Origin: Deltaproteobacteria bacterium
GTDB lineage: Bacteria > Desulfobacterota > Desulfobulbia > Desulfobulbales > SURF-16
Assembly: GCA_016208225.1 (NCBI GenBank)
Contig: JACQYM010000061.1
Location: 1-52,998, forward strand
DNA: 52,998 nucleotides
Direction: 5' to 3'
Shown: piece after piece, positions 1 to 7,091 of the stretch
Layout of the letters: every line of letters starts with the position of its first letter
How positions within the stretch are numbered: position 1 is the first letter of the stretch
Made by a program: the position numbers and the translations under genes
The notes under the pieces: generated by a model
What the model saw: the letters and a program-made list of their open reading frames with translations, nothing else
Database searches by the model: none
What the model was told of the DNA's origin: nothing

Positions 1-1362
1 CTGTTAAAAATCATCCTGTTCGCCTATTCCCGGGGTATTACCTCCAGCCGCAAGATTGCTAAATGCTGCGAGGAAAACGTCATCTTCATGGCCCTATCCG
101 CCAACAGTCGGCCTCATTTCACCACTATCTCCGATTTTATCTCCGCCATGGACACGGAGGCCATTACCATCTTCCGGGAGGTCCTGCTGCTGTGTGATGA
201 GATGGGCCTGATCGGCAAGGAGATGTTTGCCATCGACGGCTGCAAACTGCCGTCCAACGCTGCCAAGGAGTGGAGCGGCACCAGGGCGGACTTTAAGAAG
301 AAGGCAGTCAAGATGGAGAAGGCCATAGCGTCGATGGTAAAAAACCACCATGTCAGCGACCGCAATCAGGGTGAGGAAGCACAGGCCAGCCGTGATGAGC
401 AGTAAGTGGCCACCCTGCGCAACCGGCTTACGAAAATAAGGAAATGGCTGAATGGCAATGATGACAAACCGGGTAAAACCGGCAAGCCGCGCAAGAGCAA
501 CATCACCGACAATGATTCCGCCAAGATGAAAACCTCCAAGGGAGTTATCCAGGGTTATGACGGGGTAACGGCGGTTGACGGCAAGCACCAGATCATCGTC
601 CATGCCGAGGCCTTTGGCCAGGGGCAGGAGCATGACCTGCTGAAACCGATGATTGACGGCACCCGCGAGAATTTCCAGGCCATCGGCAAGGAAGAGAACA
701 TCTTTGCCGAGACAAAGCTGAGTGCTGACAGTGGTTTTCACAGCGGCAAGAACATGGAAATGCTGCAAGAGCAGCGGATTGATGCCTATGTGGCAGACCC
801 CCATTTCCGGAAACGTGTTCCCCGTTTTGCCGACGCGGATCGCTACAAAGAGCGGACCCGAAAAGAAAGGGCAAGACGCTCCGGCCACTCCAGACTTTTT
901 GCCACCGAAGATTTTACCTTTGCGGATGACATGCGCTATTGCCTCTGCCCGGCAGGCAAGCGTCTGTACCGGAGCGGCGCCAATGCCGTAACCAAGGGGC
1001 TATGCTCAATCCGCTTCAAGGGGCCGAAATCAGCCTGCCTGTCCTGCACCCTCAGGACCCAATGCCTGCGGCATCCGGAAAGAACCGAGATCAGGCAAGT
1101 TGCTTATTTTCATGGTCGTACGGAAAAGGCCAAGGACTCCTGCATTGAAAAGATGAAACGCAAGATCGATTCGACAGTGGGCCGGGCCATGTATGCCATG
1201 CGGTTGGCCATCGCGGAGCCGCCCTTTGCCCACATATGCCGGGTAATGGGACTGGATCGGTTTACTCTTCGAGGACGAAACAAGGTCAACAGCCAATGGA
1301 ATCTGTTCTGTGTCGTCCATAACCTGAAAAAAATCCACCGCTATGGCGAAGGGTTCGCGTAG
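1..1362 (+). pseudogene. IS1182-family (IS5-like) DDE transposase, 5' partial at window edge, interrupted by in-frame TAA at 403-405
   Basis: Frame 1 is open from nt 1 (LLKIILFAYSRGITSSRKIAKCCEENVIFMALSAN...FTTISDF, the DUF772-type transposase N-terminus). ORFs 88-405 and 406-1362 are in the same frame, separated only by TAA. The C-terminal half has the Cys-rich block CPAGKRLY...C..C..QC and the tail RFTLRGRNKVNSQWNLFCVVHNLKKI typical of IS1182 transposases (family assignment from memory). Confidence 0.75.
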
Positions 1363-1418
1363 AAAGCGGAAATCAGAAAAAAGCAGTCATGAACAGGGCA
1401 AAAAGAACATGAAAGCGA
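1..1418 (+). mobile_element. Insertion sequence body (IS1182-like); left end outside window, right end unresolved (somewhere 1363-1418)
   Basis: Transposase reading frame fills 1-1362. No terminal inverted repeat can be defined because the left end is not in the window. Confidence 0.45.
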
Positions 1419-1552
1419 CGTAAACGAGTCACGAACTGAATAGCCGGGAATAGTAAACCGGATCGCGGATAGCTCTGGGGATTTTCAAAAATGAGACCTT
1501 CCCGGCGACGCCAGGTGTCGCAAAAATGGCTTTTTCTACAGACTCGTTGTGC
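1419..1552 (+). repeat. attC-like site 0 (integron cassette recombination site)
   Basis: Imperfect palindrome with AAC...GTT polarity. CGTAAAC-GAGTC (1419-1430) pairs with GACTC-GTTGTGC (1541-1552). Internal hairpin GGCGAC/GTCGC at 1505-1520. Length 134 bp. The motif after its R'' box (AACGAGTCA) is shared with site 1. Confidence 0.6.
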
Positions 1553-1561
1553 TGAAATAAT

Positions 1562-2359
1562 ATGAACGATAATAAATTGGCAAAGAATAAAATTATCAAT
1601 ATCATTGGCGCAGCATTTCTCACTTTTTTAATGCTCGGCCTTGGCCAGATATCATGTGGCAAAATTAAACGCGGAATAATTATCTATTTCGCAAGTTTTC
1701 TGCTCGCCGCCATCGCTGTATTCATTTGCACCAAACCGTTTCCTCCCTTTAACATCCTAATTCCTGCCATTATATTTATCGGCCTTTATGTTTTTGCCAT
1801 CGTTGATGCCATTCTCATTGCCCGAGATCCAGAAAATACTCTCAGGCTAAAACCAATAGTTGGATATCTTATTCAGGCATACAAAATTCCGTCAGGAGCA
1901 ATGATTCCAACACTTTTAATCGGTGACCAGATACTTGTTGATAAGCATATATACAAAAATAAGGAACTGTCCCGTGGGGACATTGTGATATTTCCTTATC
2001 CTGTTAAGCCTGAGCAGGATTTTATTAAAAGAGTTGTGGCATTGGGCGGAGATACTTTTGAAATAAAGGGAAAACAAACTTACCTAAACGGCAAGCTTTT
2101 GCAAGAACCTTATGCAATCCATAAAGACCCCAAAATTTTTCCCGCAGAAGAAAACCAAAGAGATTTTTATGGCCCAATAACGGTCCCCACTGATTCAGTG
2201 TTTGTTATGGGGGACAATCGAGACAATGCTTATGATAGTCGTTTTTGGGGGGTAGTCAAAAAAGACACAATTAAAGCCAAAATAATCAATATCTATTGGT
2301 CCTGGGACAAAGAGGCTGGTTCTGTCAGATGGTACAGGATCGGAAAGCAAATTTTGTGA
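1562..2359 (+). CDS. Signal peptidase I (S26)-like membrane protein with the conserved box B and box E Ser residues replaced by Ala; cassette-encoded
   Basis: 265 aa. S26 boxes present: KIPSGAMIPTLLIGD, GDIVIF, FIKRVVALGGD, VMGDNRDNAYDSRFWG. The N-terminal ~100 aa has about 3 hydrophobic helices. AT-rich codon usage, unlike the backbone. Confidence 0.85.
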   Translation: MNDNKLAKNKIINIIGAAFLTFLMLGLGQISCGKIKRGIIIYFASFLLAAIAVFICTKPFPPFNILIPAIIFIGLYVFAIVDAILIARDPENTLRLKPIVGYLIQAYKIPSGAMIPTLLIGDQILVDKHIYKNKELSRGDIVIFPYPVKPEQDFIKRVVALGGDTFEIKGKQTYLNGKLLQEPYAIHKDPKIFPAEENQRDFYGPITVPTDSVFVMGDNRDNAYDSRFWGVVKKDTIKAKIINIYWSWDKEAGSVRWYRIGKQIL

Positions 2360-2385
2360 ACTAACCAATTGAAAATACATTGAAA

Positions 2386-2475
2386 GCACAACGAGTCAAT
2401 TCAGGCGACGGGAAGGGACTCGGGGGCGCTGACGCGGCAAGGCTTTTGGCCCGCGCCTGATTTCTGCCGTTCGCT
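2386..2475 (+). repeat. attC-like site 1
   Basis: Starts with GCACAAC (2386-2392), the exact reverse complement of GTTGTGC (1546-1552) that opens this cassette. TCAGGCG(A)CGGG 2401-2412 pairs with CCCGCGCCTGA 2450-2460. Ends with GTTCGCT 2469-2475. Length 90 bp. A GC-rich island in AT-rich DNA. Confidence 0.7.
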
Positions 2476-2488
2476 TCCAAATAATAAA

Positions 2489-2517
2489 TTGACTGACGTA
2501 ACCCAAAGGGTTACAAT
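2489..2517 (+). promoter_or_regulatory. Sigma-70 type promoter of higBA with overlapping palindromic operator
   Basis: TTGACT (2489-2494), 17 nt spacer, TACAAT (2512-2517). The perfect palindrome GTAACCC-AAA-GGGTTAC (2498-2514) lies inside the spacer and -10 element. The higB ATG is at 2524, 7 nt after the -10, with no Shine-Dalgarno. Confidence 0.6.
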
Positions 2518-2523
2518 TAATAC

Positions 2524-2802
2524 ATGATCAAGTCATTTAAGCATAAAGGTCTGGAGCAGTTTTTTTACACCGGCACCAAGAAAGGCATAAAGCCGGAACA
2601 TGCTGGAAAGCTGGAAAGAATATTGGACCGATTAAATGCGGCAAATGATTTAAAAGATATGAATTATCCAGGATCAAACCTGCACGCGCTGAGTGGAGAC
2701 CGTAAAGGTCAGTATTCAGTAAAGGTTTCTGGTAATTGGCGTGTAATTTTCGAATTCGAAAATGGTGACGCCTATATTGTCGATTACGACGATTATCATT
2801 AA
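2524..2802 (+). CDS. higB: HigB toxin (RelE/ParE superfamily, plasmid maintenance system killer type)
   Basis: 92 aa. MIKSFKHKGLEQFF...GIKPEHAGKLERILDRLNAA...LHALSGDRKGQYSVKVSGNWRVIFEFENGDAYIVDYDDYH is the classic HigB pattern. Toxin-first order, followed by an HTH antitoxin. Confidence 0.9.
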   Translation: MIKSFKHKGLEQFFYTGTKKGIKPEHAGKLERILDRLNAANDLKDMNYPGSNLHALSGDRKGQYSVKVSGNWRVIFEFENGDAYIVDYDDYH

Positions 2803-2817
2803 AAAAGGAGGTGGCTC

Positions 2818-3132
2818 ATGGCTACTATGAAAAGACAACCCACCCATCCAGGCAATATACTGAAGGAAGATTATCTTATACCACTATCAATTACTATTCA
2901 GGATATGTCATCAATTCTTGGAGTTTCAAGGAAAACCCTATCAAAAATCATCAACTGTCGCGGCTCTGTTACGCCTGACATGGCTTTGCGGTTATCTCGT
3001 GCTTTTGATACAACGCCTGAACTTTGGCTGAATCTCCAGAAAAATTATGATCTTTGGCATGCAGCACATGATTCAGAATCTTGGAAAAACGTAAAACCAA
3101 TTTTCCATTCCACTATGCCAAATCATATATAA
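2818..3132 (+). CDS. higA: HigA antitoxin (XRE-type HTH)
   Basis: 104 aa. HPGNILKEDYL...GVSRKTLSKIINCRGSVTPDMALRLSRAFDTTPELWLNLQKNYDLW matches the HigA family pattern. Strong RBS AAGGAGG at 2804-2810. Confidence 0.9.
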   Translation: MATMKRQPTHPGNILKEDYLIPLSITIQDMSSILGVSRKTLSKIINCRGSVTPDMALRLSRAFDTTPELWLNLQKNYDLWHAAHDSESWKNVKPIFHSTMPNHI

Positions 3133-3136
3133 ATAA

Positions 3137-3264
3137 AGCGAACAAGCGCATGAAGAGGGACCGGCGAGCACCGGGCTCCATCGTGCAGTTGCAACATTGT
3201 CAATCCCGGCCAGGTGAGTGCAACTCCACCGCCGGCCCCTTTGCAAAGCGTTTAGCGGTTAAAA
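3137..3264 (+). repeat. attC-like site 2
   Basis: Starts with AGCGAAC (3137-3143), the exact reverse complement of GTTCGCT (2469-2475) that opens this cassette. AGGGACCGGCG 3156-3166 pairs with CGCCGGCCCCT 3230-3240. The 3' core is either GTTTAGC (3250-3256) or GTTAAAA (3258-3264). About 120-128 bp. Confidence 0.7.
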
Positions 3265-3279
3265 AAGCGGGGCACTCAA

Positions 3280-3750
3280 ATGTCTCTGTCAGTAAAATTA
3301 AACGATATCATTAACGAAATGGAAATCCAATCTAATGACCATTCATACTATCTCAACAAAAAAACAGGTGAGATTGTAATGGTCACTGATGAGCATTTTT
3401 CCTTAGCCGATGATAGTGAAGACATTTCTCATTATTCGGACTGGGAGCAAGAAGCTATTCGCGTAGCAATCAATGTGCTTGAATCAGAAGAAAATTTTAT
3501 TCCATTGCCTTCCAAATTTGACATACATGAGTATCAAATCATGGAAGATTTTTGCCTTTCCCTGGATGACGAGAATTTGAGGGGCAAAATGTATCGCTCA
3601 GTCAAAGGCTCAGGCGCTTTCCGAAGATTCAAGGACAGCATTTTTGAATATGGTATTGAAAAAAATTGGTTCCAACATCGCAGAGAAGCGTTCAAACGTA
3701 TAGCTGTTGATTGGTGTGAGGGAAACGACATTCCATACACAGAGGAATGA
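3280..3750 (+). CDS. UPF0158 family protein (function unknown), cassette-encoded
   Basis: 156 aa, acidic. The pattern ...IPLPSKFDIHEYQIMEDFC...LRGKMYRSVKGSGAFRRFKDSI...W...R resembles the UPF0158 family as I remember it. AT-rich. Confidence 0.7.
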   Translation: MSLSVKLNDIINEMEIQSNDHSYYLNKKTGEIVMVTDEHFSLADDSEDISHYSDWEQEAIRVAINVLESEENFIPLPSKFDIHEYQIMEDFCLSLDDENLRGKMYRSVKGSGAFRRFKDSIFEYGIEKNWFQHRREAFKRIAVDWCEGNDIPYTEE

Positions 3751-3842
3751 AACGCCTGGGGGCATAGGGACATCCTTAATATTTTAAGCGCCCGCAGGCA
3801 CATCCCGCCAGATCTCACACCAGCCAGTCCCCGGCGTCTCTG
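3747..3842 (+). repeat. attC-like site 3 (left arm convincing, right arm tentative)
   Basis: The left arm ATGAAAC-GCCTGGGGGCATAGGGAC is homologous to the left arm of site 2 (AAC-AAGCGCATGAAGAGGGAC). GAAACGCC 3749-3756 pairs 7/8 with GGCGTCTC 3833-3840, and GGGAC 3767-3771 pairs with GTCCC 3827-3831. The 3' core is GTC rather than GTT, and the right arm overlaps the last codons of the minus-strand DUF4143 remnant. Confidence 0.4.
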
Positions 3843-4348
3843 CTGAAAAAATCGGCCAGCGGAATGCCCGGTCCGCCTGCCAGCAGGGCGCGGGCCTCGG
3901 GGTAGCGGGCGCGGAAGCGGCTCAGGCCGGAGGTCTTGGCGCTTCTGCCGCTTTTTACCTCGATGGCCCAGATGTCGTTTCCCCTGGCGACTACGAAATC
4001 CACCTCATGGTCCCTTTCCCGCCAATAGGTGACGGTATATTCCACCGAATTGAGGCTGTTGCACAGATGGCCGCCCACCGCGTTTTCCACCAGCCGTCCC
4101 CACCAGATCGTGTCACCCAGGGCATCGGTAAAATTCCGGGTGGAAAGGGCGTTCACCAGGGCATTGTTCCACAGCACCAGCTTGGGGCTGCTGCCGCGCT
4201 TGCGTTGTCGGCCCCGTGAAAAGAGTTCCAGGCCGCTGGCCAGGAAGGCGGCCTCCAGCAGTTTCAGGTAGTGGGCGAGGGTGGGTGTTCCCGTGCAGCC
4301 GGCACCCTGCTCATAAGCTGCCGGCGTTGCCGGGTTATGGATTCCGGC
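3815..4348 (-). pseudogene. C-terminal remnant of a DUF4143-type AAA+ ATPase (N-terminal roughly two thirds missing)
   Basis: The frame is open from 4348 down to the stop at 3815. It reads ...TPTLAHYLKLLEAAFLASGLELFSRGRQRKRGSSPKLVLWNNALVNAL...WRERDHEVDFVVARGNDIWAIEVKSGR, which is the DUF4143 C-terminal region. No Walker A/B part and no plausible start upstream; TGA at 4349-4351. Confidence 0.7.
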
Positions 4349-4412
4349 TCAACACCCTACCGGAATGATATAATTTTCGATTTCAATAGAGACGGATCGG
4401 AAGCCGATTTAT

Positions 4413-4537
4413 ATGAAAGTCTCTTTCCTGTCTTGTTGTGCCGACCGGAACGTAGGAGCGGGCCATGCCCGCGACCTCAGGGGTTGCGGATATTCTAATC
4501 GCGGGCAAGGCCCGCTCCTACGCCGCGTGACTTTCAT
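4413..4537. repeat. Nested palindrome: inverted pair of REP-like units inside an outer 9-bp inverted repeat
   Basis: Inner arms are CGTAGGAGCGGGCCATGCCCGCGA (4451-4474) and TCGCGGGCAAGGCCCGCTCCTACG (4499-4522), with 23/24 complementarity. Each arm is itself a small hairpin (GCGGGC...GCCCGC). Outer arms are ATGAAAGTC (4413-4421) and GACTTTCAT (4529-4537). Confidence 0.7.
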
Positions 4538-4747
4538 GCTTCGTTGTTCCCGCTTGCGGAGATGGCGGTTAGCGTCAATCTCCCGCAGTAAAGTTTCGGA
4601 TACGATGTGCCCCATTGGCAATTGCCGCAGGGGCGATGTGAAACCATACAAAATTATTTCTCGCCGGTTATCTTTACTGGACCCCGGCGAAAAGCATGCC
4701 GGGGTGACGACTTGAGGAAGATTGACGCTCATCAGGAATCGGTAACT

Positions 4748-6488
4748 TTATTCCCTAACCTCGAAAACCAGCTTTTCCGCCGAGATGTTGTTGTGTACAT
4801 CGGTAGTCTGCACGCGCACCTGATGCGAACCCGGCGTCAGGTCGTCCGGCACGGCGCAGGTCCAGACATGGGTTGAGCCGGTGGTCTGCAGAAATGTCGG
4901 CAGGGGCTGGGGCGGCGCCGGTAACTGCGTGCCGTTCCACAGGGTGAAGCCGTCCGTGTAGCGGAAGACGTAGGCCTGGGTGCGCAGGGCGAACGGATCG
5001 GCTGTGTTTTGGTCCCGCAGTGCCGGTTCCGGCAGGCGGTCGTCATACTGGCAGGTGACCTGGGAGGCGGTGGAGCCGTTCCAGACATTGGCCACCAGGG
5101 CCAGGTTCGGGCTGGTCAGATCCTCCGGGGTCAGCACCCGCTGATCGCCCAGATCATGCAGGGTGACGGGAGGGGCTGCCGGCCGCGTGGCGGGATCGCT
5201 GTTCTGCCAGGTGCGCAGCGCCTCATACCAGGCGAGAAACGAATCGGTGCGCAGGGAAAGATTCATCTGCCTGTCCGCGGCCAGCCCTGAGGCCTTAAAG
5301 CTGTCCGTATACTGGTTGCCGTTGAACTCGATGATCATATGGCCTTTGGGGCCGCCGTCGCGCTGGTAGGAAAAGGGCACGCCGGCGTCGGTGAAATCGC
5401 CGCTCCACCAGGAACCGCAGGAAGCGCCGACAATGATCTGGCTAATGGGGGTCGGCTGGCCCCAGCCCTCTTCCTCATCGCCGGGCTGGAAATGTTCCAG
5501 GGTGTGGGTGTGGCCCCCCCAGGGACAGCACCCGGCGGCCGGCCAGCAGCTCGTAGATCTCCTCGCGGTTGTTCACCTGGTGGTTGGCGGCCAGCCGGTC
5601 GATATAGGAAACCAGGGGGATATGCATGTTGAGCACGATCAGCCGGTCCTTCGGCACCTGGCGCAGGTCGTTGATCAGCCACTGCATTTGGGCGTCGTCA
5701 ATCTCGCCGTGGTAGCTTGATGAAAGCGTGGAGGGGTAGACGATGGAGTCCAGCACCACGAAGTGGACCCGGCCGTAATTGAACGAATAGTAGGCCGGCC
5801 CGTACTGGCTCTTGAAGGTGTCGAGGGAATGGGCGTCGTCCGGGGCGTCCAGGTTCATGTCATGGTTGCCGGCCGTCAGGTAGTAGGGGATGCCCAGCTC
5901 CTTCATGACCGAGATAAAGCGGGGGTAGAGCGAGAGTTTGTCGCCGATGTTGTCGCCCAGGGTGACGGCCACCACGGCGTCGCTCTCCGCCACTTCCTTG
6001 ACCGTGGTGTCGCGGAAATAGGCAAGCTCGGTGTCGTTGTATACTTGGGTATCGCCCAAAAAGACGGCCTTGAAGGAATCGGATTCACGCACTTTGTGCA
6101 GGGGGAAATCGATGCTGGCCGGCAGCGGGCCGGTGGGCGCAAGCCCTGGATACTGCTGGATCTCCGGCGGCGAGCCTGCCGGCTGGTGGATGTAAAAGAA
6201 ACGGGGGATATTGTTTTCGCCGAGCGGCGGGGCATAGCCCGCCGGCTTGCTGACAAATACCGCCATCTCGTCATAGGCGGGCAGGGTATAGCGGCCCTGG
6301 CCGTTGGTCTGCACCACTTCATGACTGTTGGATACGCTGACTCCGGCGATACCGGGCTCTCCTTTTTCCCGTAAGCCGTTGCCGTTTTTGTCCCAGAAAA
6401 CCGTACCGCTGATGTCCTGGGCCGCCGCGGCGAGCGAAACATTGCCCAGCAGCAGGGCGGCGCAGGTGATAATGGTTGCCTTGTTCAT
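4748..6488 (-). pseudogene. Secreted calcineurin-like metallophosphoesterase, reading frame broken at a G7 run (C7 on + strand, 5514-5520)
   Basis: Signal peptide MNKATIITCAALLLGNVSLAAAAQ. Motifs GDTQ, GDNIGD and GNHD are in ORF 5475-6605. After SLGG the frame is lost. Removing one G restores GGHTHTLEHFQPGDEEEGW...VPFSYQRDGGPKGHMIIEF, which runs straight into ORF 4748-5380. ATG at 6488 with AGGAGAG upstream. Confidence 0.8.
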
Positions 6489-7091
6489 TTTCTCTCTCCT
6501 TGTCTGTTGGTGATGGTGGTTTGCACCCGGTGCACGATGCGGACAGAGGGCCCTTCCGCCGGTATCATCTGCAGGGCGCGCCACCGTTTTTCCTGTCTCA
6601 CGCATGTTGCGGCTCCATCCCGGGAAAATGATGCCGAGTGCGCGGGAAAGTTAGTAAAAATTTAAAGGTCGTATGTTAGGATTTGATAAATGAAGGGATA
6701 AAAAAAGGATAGCAGGCGGTTATCATTTCATGAGCGGTTGGTTAGCCGCGGCATATCATCCCCGGAAAACCGCGGGTCCCATTTGACGGCCGGCCAGGGC
6801 ACCAGATAAAAGAAAAAGAGCAAACAAGGGTGAAAATGTTGATTTCTTACCAAAAAATGCCAAATTTTTCTGGTGTATAGCCCCCCTGTCCTTTACAATT
6901 ATTTCCGGGGCGTCTTGAAAAGTTGGTGGAAGTTGGCATATCCGATGAGCCGTTGTAAAAAAATACTGCAACATCCCATGCGATGCCCGACATAGGGGCG
7001 GTTACGAAATGATGCAAACTGTGATGGTTATTTTGTAACGGCCTCAACAAATCGCCTTACTGATAAGTTGGAAAAAAGAAATTTTCATTTC

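Noticed and set aside
403-405. Stop-codon readthrough or recoding of the TAA inside the transposase
   Set aside because: TAA is the least leaky stop, the following context (G) is not a known readthrough context, and no recoding element is evident. A nonsense mutation is the more parsimonious reading.
4386-4439. Possible fourth or fifth attC. TAGAGAC (4386-4392) is nearly complementary to GTCTCTG (3836-3842) and pairs with GTCTCT (4419-4424). GTTGTGC recurs at 4433-4439, and GCTCAAC at 4347-4353 fits RYYYAAC.
   Set aside because: The resulting structure is only about 40 bp, has no L''/L' pairing and lacks the AAC/GTT triplets. Isolated 7-mer matches are expected by chance in 53 kb. I keep it as a note, not a call.
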